This document shows, piece after piece, positions 1 to 13,700 of a stretch of DNA of 64,000 nucleotides; position 1 is the stretch's first letter, and the number at the start of each line of letters is the position of its first letter. The stretch comes from Eledone cirrhosa (lineage: Eukaryota). The position numbers and the translations under genes are program-made. The DNA lies in NCBI GenBank assembly GCA_964016885.1, contig OZ024740.1:259718001-259782000 (forward strand), given 5' to 3'. The notes under the pieces are model-generated. The model searched no databases. It had not been told where the DNA came from and worked only from the letters and a program-made list of their open reading frames with translations.

Positions 1-1449
1 ATATTTCGAATAAAAGATATTGCCAATAATTTTTATTTCATTTGGAATATAATAAAGTATCTGGATGCTCATTATTTCACATTGCTCTTTCTGCCAAAAG
101 ATAGTATCAGCAATAGAAGGACCAAAGGAAATATTGTTTCTTTATTCCGATCTGATGAGTTCCACTCCACTTGGTAAGAGAATGAAGTCTGGGAACTTGT
201 TGATTGATTCCAACTCTCTCTATATGTATATGTATGTATACATATATGTATGTTTGTATATGTGTGTATACATATATGTTGCTGTATGTCTTTGCATATG
301 TGTGTATATGTACATATTTCTGACTGGTAGATAATAGCAGCAATGGAAAGACAAATGGAAACATTGTTTCCTTGGTCTGATCTGACGAGTTCTACTCCAC
401 TTAGTAAGTGAATAAGGTCTGGGATCTTGTCAATTCAGATCATTTGGATGGCTAATGAGATAACTAATTTTCTCATTAAGTCTTTTGTTAACATATTTCT
501 AATAAAAGACACTGCTTATAATTTTAAAATAATGTTGAAAATAAATGATTCGAAGTTTCTTGTGGGGACAGAGTGCTCAAACACGCCTTCCAGCGGGTCT
601 TGTCAGAAGCAACCATCTCCAACTGATCCAGCTGAATCCCTAAGCGATACCAGCCAAGCTCATGGATGTTATCCAACAAGAATTTGAAGCAATTTATTAA
701 TATAACTCTCTTATTATTAAGCTAGTAGTTGGAAAATAACTTAAAAGTTCTTATGGAAAATTATTATGATGAGAGGTTTTTAGATAAATTAAACATTTAA
801 CCCTTTCATTACCATATTTTTAATGAAAGAAAATGTTGATAATTTACAAATCATTTTGGAAAAATACCAAGAATTTAGAGGGATTTAGTTATATATTCTT
901 CTATTGTGGTCAACATGGATGGAATGTCCCCCCCCCTCTTTCTCTACATGCATATACATGTATGTATGCATGGATCTCACAACAAGGATATGGAACAAAT
1001 ACTGCAAGGCACTCTATCCATTGCTCTTGAGACTGTCATTCCACTGCTCCTAGACTGATTCTTCATTTATCGACTCTAATAGGATTCAAACCCAGAATCA
1101 AGGAATTGGAATGAATACCACAAATCATTCTATCTATTCCTCTACCATTTCTGTTAATTCTGAAGCTACTATTCTTACCATTTTGTAAATGGGATTTAGG
1201 GTCTCAGTGGAATTTTCAGTCTGGACACGATCATGCTGGTGCCATGATAAAACACACCCAATTGACCCCGCAAAGTATTAGTGTTAGGGCCAGAATAAAA
1301 TACACATAGTCCACTCTGTAAAGAGGTAGTGATGTCTGTCTCTCTGTGTGTCACAAACAGATGCACACATGCACAAACTCACTCTCTCTCACACATGCAC
1401 ACTCACACACACACACACACATATACATGCGAAAGAAATATATTCTCAC

Positions 1450-1731
1450 CTGGTACATAAGAAAGACTCGTTGTATAAAATTTCCAGCTTGATACTGTTT
1501 GATGTTAAACACCTGGTGTGGATGGTCATTTCTGACCAGACATTCAAGAGCCTTGAAGAGTAATTCCATCACTGTTGATGGACCCTTTGTCCAGATTCTC
1601 CACTTCAGTAGGAGATTCTCAATAACAGACATATTCTGGACAATGGCTAATGTTTGTTCTTTTATGACATAGCAGTTTAACTGGGGATCAAACCTGATTA
1701 CTGATTCTGTAGTAGAAGCATCTAACAGCAC
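1450..1731 (-). CDS. LYST: LYST exon (VLLDAST...LLLKWRIW...HQVFNIKQ...MYQ)
   Basis: atatag acceptor, CAG|gtgaga donor, 282 nt, phase 0 to 0; strong LYST motif match. Confidence 0.9.
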
Positions 1732-4700
1732 CTATATTAAACCAAGTAAAAAGACAGAGAGGTGAAAGACAACCTTGTCCAGCATGGTCCCGTAACTCCC
1801 AAGGGGGTTGTAGGCGTGCCATATTGACATACGTTTCTAGGGCATAATTACGTCTGAGGTTAACTTTGCCTTTCATCCTTACGGGGTTGATAAAATAAAG
1901 TACCAGTAATGTACTGAGTAATTGCTGGCCTTGTGCCAAAAGTAGAAACAATTATTTTTTTAAAACCTGGGGATGCCAGTTTCTTCTCCAGGTCTGAATG
2001 CAGTATTCTTCCAGAGAAGGATAGAGTGAGAGAGAGAGAATGGAAGTCAGAAAGAGATATAGAGGAAGAATTGGCCCCAGTACTCGATTGGTACTTTTTT
2101 TCAACCTCGAATGGATGATAGCAAGACATTCTTGAAAAGTACAAAACAGCAATATGGTTGCTTCACATTAAAAATTCAAATCTTCACTCTAAAACTGCAA
2201 ATTTTTGCAAAAGTCTGTCCACTAGAAAATATATTATAAAGAATTGAATAAACAAACCACATGAAAATACATTAGCCAGACATTCTTGAAAATTACAAAA
2301 CAGCAATGTGGTTGCATCACATTGAATATTAAAGTCTTTAGTTTACAACAAACTTTCAAAATAATCTCTCCACTAGAAAAGATATATAAACATTTAAATT
2401 AACAATCCCATTTTTAGATATTTTCTGCTAAATCAGTACAGGATGTAAAGAGTTAAATCTTGTATATTAAAAAAAAAAACTACGAAGACTGGAGATATAA
2501 TACATTGTAAAATATCTATCAACTATAAAGAAAATATCTGAGTACATGGCAGTAACAAAAAGATTTAATAACAGAACCTTCTAGCTGCTTTACAGCTTCC
2601 CTTGCTTCCCATTTTTTCTTTATCTTTTTTTTATGCTTATTTTTCCTTATTTAAGTTTTTTAATCATTTTATTGAAATATTCACTTATCTCTGTATATTT
2701 TGCTTTTTGCTTCTCAACTGTTAAGAAGTACTAGATACTTCTCCTAGTCTGTCATGACTTACTATCTCTATACGGACGTTTATATTGATTAAATAAATAA
2801 ATAAATAACATTTAGAAAAAAAAATGACAGCATCACATTAAAAATGAATTTTTTACTCTAATGCTGTCACATTTCAAAATGCTCTATCCACTAGTAAAGA
2901 TACTCTAAACATTTGAATTAACAAACATTCTAAAATATTTTCTGCTAAATCATCATTGTTTGCTTCTTCATGTTGCCATGAGTTAGACATACAGTATATA
3001 CACATATATAAGCCAAAGAATATGTGACCAAAAATTTGATGGTAAAAATAGGTGGGGGGTCCCGACATATTCGAGATCAATATTTTGATGATTTTCACTA
3101 ACTTCAAATTATACGTAAATGAGGTGCTAAAATATTACACTGGTTTCACTTTGTTTATTTTATTGTCTTTTATGTTTTGAATGAATATGGCCTTGAAAAC
3201 TGTCCAAATTGTTAAAAAAATCATTACGTAATGGAACTGTGAAACAAAAACTATACTCTAAATCACAGGTTCTCAACCCAGTTGTCCCTCGAAATCACGA
3301 AACGCCCCCCTATTTTTCCATTTTTCAATATACTACTGATTTTGATATCTGTAGATTACTAAAAAATTGATTAACAATATTCCAAAGATACCATTGCAGG
3401 CAGCTGAGAGTATAAATACATTCCTTGAAAGGAAATATATAAATTTCAAAAAAAGGAACATAAATGTTCTTTTTTATGAATAAGGACCAGTTGAATTTGT
3501 TATATTCCCACCAGGTGATACCAACTATTTTGAACATTTATACAAGAGCAACTCTGTCTATCCAAAGAGTGCCCTTATCTGGAAGAAAGTGGCAATTATA
3601 TCATTTCAAAGCTTTCCAATTTTCCCTTTAATGAAACAGACAGAATAAATGTTGATATCTAACTTGATGTCCCCTCTGCTTTGTGAGCTTAGAGACCACG
3701 GAAGAGGGTTTTCATGACCGCGCGGGAGGGTATATTTATTAGTAAATGGTAAAATATATACAACAAATGAGTAAGTGAATTGTAGTAGATGGTTTCCAGT
3801 CCAGTCAGACTGCAACTACAAATAAAAAAAATTGTTAGTTTGCTTTGTAACAATAGCATATCTAAGTTTTCGGATAAATCAACTTACTTTAACTTTGACC
3901 TCATTTCAATGGGACCCTTGAACTTTATGGAGTCTAGCTAACTCTTTGACGTCAGGCTGGATTTTTTGTAAGATGTAGCCGGAGATCTCCACATGTAATT
4001 ACATTGTAGCGGTTGCGATCCTTACTGTGCAGTCTGGAAACAGCACCAAACCTCCTCTTGACTAAGTACGAGCTTGGAAAAGGCAGAGCAAATCTCTTAG
4101 CCTCTGCATGTAGGTGTGGAAATCGACGCTGAATTTCCTCTTGCATCCCAAAAAGGGGTTCACCTATTTTGATCATGTCATCTGCTTGAAGTTCAATGAA
4201 TTCTTCCTGAAATATAACGTCCAAATCATCGACGTTAGCTGTGAAGGGATCTGCTACCCACATTGGGATGTCCATCAGCAAAAGGTCGACAAACCGTTCT
4301 CTCATGTTGTCTTGTAGCGCACGGAGGTGAGCGGTATAAATTTGGAGTTGGTCATCGCTTACAATGTTTTGAACATTGGCGACACTAGGAAAATTATAGA
4401 ATTCCCGTCAACAAAGATTCCTTTTGATGACATTCAATTTGGCCAGGAATGTTTTCACAGCATTCCTTGCTTTAAGCAAGGTGATCTTCTTCCCCTGCAA
4501 AGCCAAAATGACGCTATTGCATTTGTCGACGATGTTGGTGAGGTAGGCGCAGTCTTGCCTCACATCGAGGGTTTTCTTGTACAGTTCTGTGTTGCGTCCT
4601 CGCAGAAACTCAATGATAGAGTCAAACAGTTCAAAGAAGTGAGTAAGGCACTTGCCCTTTGAAAGCCACCTCATTTCATTATGAAGGAGCAACTTGACGA

Positions 4701-7700
4701 ATTCTTCGTCATTATCTTGGCACAGTTGCTGGAAAATTCGTTTATTGAGGGAATGCCGTTTGATAAAATTGATGACATCAAGGGCCACCTGCAAGGACTT
4801 GCTCAGTGGCTTGCTGAGTTTCTTCACAGCCAAGTGTTGTCGATGAATGACACAATGAACAACAAATACAGATAGATTTTCTCTCTTCAGAAGAGTGACG
4901 AAACCCTTGTGTTGGCCGACCATTGCTCTAGCGTCGTCCTCAGCACATGATACAATGTGTGTTGTATTTGGTCCCAGATGTATGTATTACCTGCCTGTGT
5001 GTTGTAGGTAGTCCTAGATGTATGTATTACCTGCTTATGTATTGCATGTGGTCCTAGATGTATGTATTACCTGAATATGTGTTGTATGTGGTCCTAGATG
5101 TTTGTATTACCTGATTATATGTTGTATGTGGTCCTAGATGTTTGTATTACCTGCTTATGTGTTGTATGTGGTCCTAAATGTATGTATTACTTGCCTGTGT
5201 GTTGTATGTGGTCCTAGATGTGTGTGCTACCTCCTTATGTGTTGCATGTAGTCCTAGATGTGTGTATTACCTGCTTATGTGTTGTATGTGGTCCTAGATG
5301 TGTGTATTACCTGCTTATGTGTTGTATGTGGTCCTAGATGTGTGCATTATCTGATTATGTGTTGTGTGTGCTACCCGCTTCTGTGTTTTTTTTTTCTTTT
5401 TTTTATTTGTAATATTATTTATACAATAGATCTACATAGTGTTAACTCGTTACGGTTGAGTCAATAACTTCAGACATGAAATACATTCTTATCGGTGAAT
5501 GAAAGACAAGATTCTAACTGGCTGCGATTGAAGTGTCCTTGATCCAGTTGACTGTGGGTTTTTCCATTGTTAGGATCTCAATTGCCGGTTAATGTCTAAA
5601 CACGCCTGCACACCTGCTCACAGCTGCGGTCAGACCATAGTTATGCTGTCTGCATGCTCATTCAAATGCATTTACACTGGCTGTCTCAAAGACATACAAA
5701 TATGGCTTATAAAACTTACCAAAGTAAAGAGCCTTCCAGTGCACTCCAAAGCTCCCCCCCCCAATGCCCCCTTGCTCCCAAATGCCTCCCTGGATTTCGG
5801 AAACGCCCCCTGGGGGTGCATATGCCCCCCGTTGAGAACTTTTGCTCTAAATGACACTTAAAACATTTTAGATATTAAAATATTGAAACTTCTGAAATAT
5901 ATTCTCCATTCATGAAAATTTAAAAACCATACTATCTAAACATAATGTGTTGATTAGCTGCTTTGACTTATAAACAGGTTTGGATTTTGCTCATTTCTCA
6001 GACATAAAATAGTGGGATCAAGTATGGGACTGAACCTGAAACCATGTGGTTGAAAAGTAAACTCACTAACAACCAAGCCATACCTGATCTATAATTAACA
6101 AAATTAATTAGATCTAAAGTTAAATTACCTTTAGAATACGGAAAGAAATTAAGCTTCTGGAAGTTTCCAAGACTCTGGAAATCATACGGTCTCCTTGAGA
6201 TTCCATATATTGGAGACACATTGAAGGTATCTGTTTAATCATTTGGAACAGAAGGTTGAGTGCTGATGCCTGCAGCTTTTCCATGTCTTGTCGCATCTGC
6301 AATGCATCGAATCCATGCTCACTGTCTGCTGAAGGAAGTCGGCATTTCTCAAATACCTGTAATTATATAAATAATTTGATATTTAACAAGAAATACATGG
6401 CTAAAGAGGATGGAGGAAGAAATGAAAGCTAGAGGGTTTGTGAGGAGAGATGCAGATGATAGGGCAAAATTGAGAAGTTTGTTATAGAGCCAACAAGGCT
6501 ATCCTTGCTTTAACAGGAAGAATGGCCTTAAAACACTTGTGTTGACTGTTCAGGTGGTGAAGTAGTAAAAGTGGTAGTAGTAGCACACAGACCAGTCCAT
6601 TCTCACCATACACACATTACAATAAAAAAAAACCTAACTCACCTTCGCAACGAGAAACATGAATACATTTATTCCACCCATTTCTTCAGCAGATTGTTCC
6701 AGACAATTTTTGAGGCAGGCCAACATTTCTAGAGATGGCGCTATCTTCACGGCTACAACCAATGGATGTTGTTCAAGGAGATCCCTGGATTGGATCATGG
6801 AAGGAGGCAAAATTCCAAGGGTAAGTCCAAGTGTGTTTGGTAGCTGGGAGGAACCACCAGCACAATAAAGACTGAACAGTTTCGGATGTTGTGGGTTGTA
6901 GATAAGAATTAGGTTGTTCTGTAGAAATGGAGAGAAAATTCCAGAAATAGAGTCCCAGAAACAGGAATTACTAAGCAACTATATGGTAAAAGGACAAAAT
7001 TAGAGGTTTAAAGTGCCCAAGATATGCTGTATGTCACAACAGCATCCCTACGACTAACAAGAGTTACAGATCCTTATATGTATATATAGACAGGTGGGAA
7101 CACTTTGTCTTCATACTACATTTTTACTGAAGTTTCCATAGAACCTTATATGCTGCAAATTGGCAGAGTTGCAAAAACATCAGATTAAGTGCCTCAGTGT
7201 CCTGGCTCACTGCACTCTGAGTTCAAATCTTGCCATGGTAAACTTAGACTTTCTTCCTTTTGAAGTAGATAAATAAAGTACAAGTAAAGGGGCAGTGGAT
7301 TGGAAAAATTGTTAAAATATTTGAACAAGATGTTTTGTGGTTTTTGATTTGACTGTGCATTCTGAGTTCAAATCCTGCCTCCTTTTGCCAGAAATGGAAA
7401 AGCCAATGGAAATATTATTTTCTTGGTATGATTTGATAATCTTCCTTCTGCCAGGTATTGTGACAGACAGATAGTATCAATAATGGAAAGACTAACGGAA
7501 ACATTGTTTTCTTGGTAAGATCTGATAATCTGCTCCTTTTTTCTGTCAAGGTTGTGACTGACAGATAGTATCAGCAATAGAAAGACTAATGGAAACATTG
7601 TTTCCTTGCTTTGATCTAACTATCAGCTTCTTTCTTCTCCAGAAATTGTGACTGACAGATAGTATCAGCAATGGAAATACCATTAGAAACATTATTTTCT

Positions 7701-10700
7701 TGGTTCGATCTGATAATCTGCTCCTTCTTTTCCTTTTGTAGATCTAAGAGAATAGAAATTTCTTTATGGAGATGAGCATAAATGGGACTTACTCTAGCAG
7801 TATCCAGATTTATTTGATTAATGCCAACTAAAGTGTCAGTGGAAACTCCAGAGAAACAAACAACATTCTTGAAGAGCTGAGGGATATATGATGCTGCTGG
7901 CTCGGAACAGTCACATTTGCTGATTGAGGAACAGTTAGGACCAAGTGCATGGAGATGAAAGCAGACCTCTTGGGATAAATTAGCACCTGTGGAAATATTT
8001 AGAAAATTTAGACATCATAAATTACAGAGTATAATAGGGAATATAGCCAGTGATGAATGTTGTGAAGAGAAGGGGAATGAGAGAGTGGCAGTAGCTAGAG
8101 GGAAATGAACATGAAGATGAAAGCAGACCACTTGGGATAAGTTAACACCTGTGGAATGACAGAAATATTTAGAAATGTTACTATACTTTGTTGGATGTGC
8201 AATGTAAATGTGTGAGAAAGGCAGAACCTGGATTAACAGAAGGAGAAATTAGCTTTAAGAGGAATCCAAAATAGTGTGCAAGAGAAACAGAAGACTGCAT
8301 TGGTACGGACATGTGAAGTGCATGGATAATGATCGCTGGGTGAAGAAGTACCAGTGGATGGAAGTCGCAGTAGAGGTAGACCAAAAAAGACCTGGGTGGA
8401 GGTGGTGAGACTCATAGAGGAGATGATGAAGGAACACATCAAATGGAGAGATGCTGTGCTGAAAAGGTCCCATCCAACCCATGCAAGTATGGAAAAATGG
8501 ACATAAAAATGATGATGATGATGATGATACATTATGAATTACAGAAAATGAAGGGGAATATAGCCAGTGATGAATGTTGTGAAGAGAAGTGGAATGAGAT
8601 AGTGACAGCAGCTAGAGGGAAATGTACATGGAAAATGTTCCAGAAACTGAGTAGTCTGTTAATGTAGAAAGACATGGGTGAAGAAATATATTACCTTTAA
8701 AAAGCATGAGTGGGCCAAGGTACCATGACTTCTTGCGATTAAGTATATGATTCTTGTAATTCTTTGTGTGTCCCAAATAGACAGTTGGTTCCAGCTGGGT
8801 CATTCGGATGTCTCTAGAATGGTCTAATACCATTTCCTGAGACCACCAGCCATCCAGCACAATGGAAACCTAAAACATACACAAGATAGAGATAAATCAA
8901 GGGAGACAAGTGTGTTGTGATTAAGGCTAGTGTCTTTAGATTGAGGCAAGTGTCATCAAATATGACATGTCTTCAAGTAGGTTTTTACATATAAAACATG
9001 TCTTTAGATCAAATAAGTATTTTAGATTATAACAAGTCTCTTCAGATATGAGTTGTGATGTCACTCATCTTATATATACTATATGTGATGTTCTTCAAGG
9101 CTTATACAGCTTGGCACCAGTGTTGTTGCAACTCATTTTTTCTAGCTGAGTCGTCTGAAGTAACATGAAATAGTGTCTTGCTAAAGGACACACCATGTTG
9201 CTGAGTATGAGAATTAAACACTCATGACCGTATTATTGTGAGCCCAGCATTCTAACAATTAAGCCACAATCGTTACCATCCGTAAAATAACAAACTATAT
9301 TCAGTGCTTTAACTCATTTCATACCAAACCACAAGAAACAACCCCTTCATCTATGATACTAAGCTGTTTGTTTTAAAGTGTTTATATTTATCTAAAATCC
9401 TTCTATCATAATGTTATGTAAGAACCTTCATGAGGTTATGTCCCTAATACAAATTTGAAAATGAGATAGTTAGTTATATAACTAAATCCCTTCAAATTCA
9501 TTATTTTCAAAATGATCTAAAAATCAGAGGCAGTCTCTTTCATTAGAAATATGGTAACAAGAGAGTTAAAAGGTTAATATTTATTTAAAAACCTTCCATC
9601 GTAATTTCATGTAAAAACCTTCGTTAAGTTATGTTCCAAACACCAGTTTAATTAATGAGAAAATTAATTATATTCATTTATAAATCTTCTGTCATAATTT
9701 AATGTAAGAAACTTGGTTAAATTATGTTCCAAACAACAACTTGATAATGAGAAAATTAGTTATGTTCATTATTTATTTATAAACTTTCCATCATAATTTC
9801 ATGCAAGAACCTATGTTAAGTTATGATCCAAACATCAGTTTAATTAAGAAGAAAGTTAACTATATTATTAAATCTCTTTAAAAAAAATGATTTAAACATC
9901 ATAGTAATTAAAAATGTGTTAATGAAAGGGTTAATCAAATTGAGAGATGCACCAAAAGAAAGTTGTTACCTTCCCTGACAAGATGTTTTCATCAAGGACT
10001 TCACGATACTGTAGTATGAGGTGGTGCCATCTATTGGTATTTAGTAAACTTGGTGCAGAACATTCTTTCAGGACAACTGTACTACCAGATGTTAAACTAG
10101 TGAGCCTGAAATTAAAAAGTTACACATGATGATGATGATGATGATAGTGGTGGTGGTGGTGGTGGTGGTGGTGGCGCCATCATCATCATCATCATTATTA
10201 TCTTTGTTGTTTGAACTGTACATGACTGTCGCTCTGTAAGTTTTGTTGATTTACAAGTATTTACTTTGCATCTACTGTTACAGTTTTGGTACAAATTGTT
10301 GTTAAGTGACCACACATTGCAATGACAACACCACCACCAACAATAACAACAGTGGAAATGAAGGCAGTAGCAATCACAGCAGCAGCAATAACAACATCCC
10401 CCAACAACAAGAAGTCTTTCACTGCTGCAACAGCCAAAAGAAAGCCATGCTTTAGTATGGACCTTAGCCAAAAAGAGAAAAAGTTGACCCAGACATGGAA
10501 GCTCATTAAACAAGAGCAAACCTGGGCCAACTTAACCATTCCGGCAGAGGCCATAGAAGCAGTTGAGAGGAGAATGGTCGTCTCAGGCAGAAGTCAAAGC
10601 TGCGCTGATGTGCATCAGAGGTGGCTCAGAGTACAAAATGAAGTGCAGACAATACAGCACCATCTCAGTGTTATTTAAGTCAGAAGCCTTTGCTGTGAAA

Positions 10701-13700
10701 CACTCAGTGACCCCTTGCAAAACCAACAAGGTCATCATGTACCCCTCCCACATGGGAAAAAGAACAATTAGAGTCCGCATTCCACCATGACCCGACTTGT
10801 GATAGCTCCTGGGATGCATAATTGTAGAGGAGACAGATGTCGTCCTGATAGAAGCAACAAGAACAGCCAGGGAGAACTGGTCCAAGGGTGATTTGGAGAT
10901 AATTCTCCAAATCAGGCCAGTAGACCTTAAAAAAATTCCTGACCACATTTGCCTCTAAAACAGGACGGTAATGCAAATAATGACTGAGGGCAGAAGGCTG
11001 CACTGTTTCGTCTGTGTAGAAACAACTAATTTGTGAGCCTTCTGCCCCCAGCTCAAGAATGCAAGAGGTCGAAATCCTCCATTGCTGCCCATGCCAGGGC
11101 AGGGACCACCACCAACACCAGCAGAAATGCTACCACCAACGTTGGCCACCCAGTGGGAAGACAAGGAAAGCTCTCACCACAAAAAAAAAAAAAAAATACA
11201 CACATTGACACACAAACACAGACACACACAGTCACACTTACAGACAGACACTTCGTCTTCCAGTAGTGGAGATGAGACAAAACCTAAAGCCCCCAAAAAA
11301 ATAAAAAAGAAGGCACACAAAAAAAAACTCCACACATCACATACACACCCAAAACAGAAAATGCAGACACCACATACACACAAACACTTTCACAACAACA
11401 ACAGCAAATCTAACACCACCAACACAATCCCTAAAATGCAAATAACCACAGCGAACACAAAAACAATACTAAACACACAACTTGGTGTTAATAAGAAGGG
11501 CCGCCAAGAAGGATTTGATGACCCTGATAGCACAAAGGCAAGACATAGAAAAGAAAGGGGAAATATTGTGTATCAGCACATTACATGTACCTGAGGACCT
11601 AACAATGGTATGTATGTTGCTCAGTTTATACAAAGAGTTTAGGAAGAGCTTTCCTCAGAACATGAATATGAAACCCACATCAAGACTTTTAAAGAGGCTC
11701 CCAAAGGAAACCCAATCGGCCATGGAGGTTAAACCACCCAACCTCCACAAGGCCCCAGGAGGTAAGTAAACCTTCTCTCCCTCTTTTAGCCTACCAACAT
11801 GGCCATCCTAAGAGTAGGATATTTAAACGCTCATGGTCTGTGGTTGTCCTGGAAGCAGGGTCACTTGCTGAACAACCTCAGGTCACTAGATATAGATGTG
11901 ATTTCCATCAGCGAGACCAGGATTTTCAACATGTGCACACTAGCATCCATTTTCGACGACTATCAGATCTTCGCATCTCTTAGTTGGGCGGGAATGGAAG
12001 GTGGCATGGCAGTGCTGTTTACGAAAGGCCTGGATCTGAAGGTAGGGTTGATCTTCCGGGACCCAGACGGTAAGTTGGTGGTCCTCCTGGATGTGAACAA
12101 TAGCAAAAGTAGTGCCTTTTGACTGGTGGTCATCTATGTCAGACAACCGGACTTCTTTAGGTGTCTGGAAGACTTTCTGGGAACATCTCACTCTTTATTG
12201 TTAGCGGTGGACTGGAACAGCATCTTAGACGCATGCTGGGATTGTGTGGGAGTAGGTGATAGGAGCAGGGGTGCAAAAGCCTCAAGTACCTGATCAGCCC
12301 GTTCCAACTCTGATAAGTACCAACTAGATTTCCCTAATCTGCCAGTGGGGACCTGAACAAACCACATAGGGTCATATAAATTGTATATAGAAAGGTTTTT
12401 TATTAGGTCAATAGATAAAGATAGTATAGGTTGTCCACTTTTAAAACGGTTGCCTATATTCAGATCACCAGTTTGTGATCTGTATGGTCTTCCTAGATAA
12501 GACGTGTAGGTTAAGACCTGGTTACTGGAAGCTGAACATGTCGTTTCCAGCGCGTAAGGCTTACAGGGACCAGGTCAACAATTTAGTTAAGCAAAAGTTG
12601 ACAGTGGGGGGGGGGGGGTATTCAACAACAGGTGTTGGGTGGTTCTCAAAAGAGAGATTATAGTAATCTCAATAGGTTTTAGCAAAGAAGCAGCGTTAGA
12701 GAGAAATAGAAAAGAGGGGGAGCTGGTGGCTAAATTAGATGAGGCTATTTGTAGTGGAGAGAATGGCATTAGATCATTTTGTCAATGCGAAACACGAAGG
12801 TTGCATTGTCAGAGCTAAGTCGCGTGCTCTAAGAAATGAGGGACCAAAGTTGTTCAATGGGCCTGTGTGACAGAGGTGCAATGTGGTAACAAAACACAAT
12901 TCAGTCTTTGATGGAGTGAAATAAATGCAGATGTGTGAAGCCTTTTACCAGCACTTTGCTCAGTTGTTCGAGGGATGGGGGATTGGAGACTGGTGGATTT
13001 CAGGCCTGGGTTGTTATCCCCTTTATTGAGGAATGTAGTTTGTTATAATTTTATTATTTTGTTATTGTTATTTATATTGTTTACACATTATTATATGTAA
13101 ACCCCCTTTGTCCTTGTCATTTGTATTGTCCCCTGTATGTGAGCCCTTGTGGCCAATAAATGAAACAATTATTATTATTATCAAGGGTGGTGGATTGGCA
13201 GTATCAGTATACTGAAAGAATGAACAGCAAAGTTGACTTTGGTGATATTTGAACACCGACTTCTAAGACAATGGTTAGAAATCATTTAAGGTCTCTGCCA
13301 ATTTGGTGGTGCCAATTCAGTATGGTATTAAGTTAACATCCTCCTTATAATCATTTTCATGTCCATTTTTCCATGCTTGCATGGGTTAGATTGGTTCTTC
13401 TCAGCATAGAATTTATTCACTCATGGTGTTCCTTCATCATTTCCTCTGTGAGATTCAGTGATTTGAGGTCATCTCTCACCACCTTCTCCCAGGTTTTCCT
13501 TGGTCTCCCTTCTCCATGCCACTGATGTTGTCCAAGAGAAAAGCAATGGCCGATACAGCTTGGCACCAGTGATGTTGAAACTCAATTCTACAGCTGAGTA
13601 AAAACCACTAAGTCATGCACCTTTACTACATTGATATCTACCATATTAATATTTAGTCGCAGCATGATTAATGAGACAATATCTGAAAAAAAGTCCCCCC

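Noticed and set aside
140-205. Hammerhead at ctgatgagttcc...gggaac (also near 380 and 16910)
   Set aside because: No GAAA after the putative stem II and no stem I; part of a dispersed repeat also seen at 7395-7730 and 19885-20080
4957-5380. CRISPR-like 40-bp repeat
   Set aside because: Head-to-tail minisatellite without spacers
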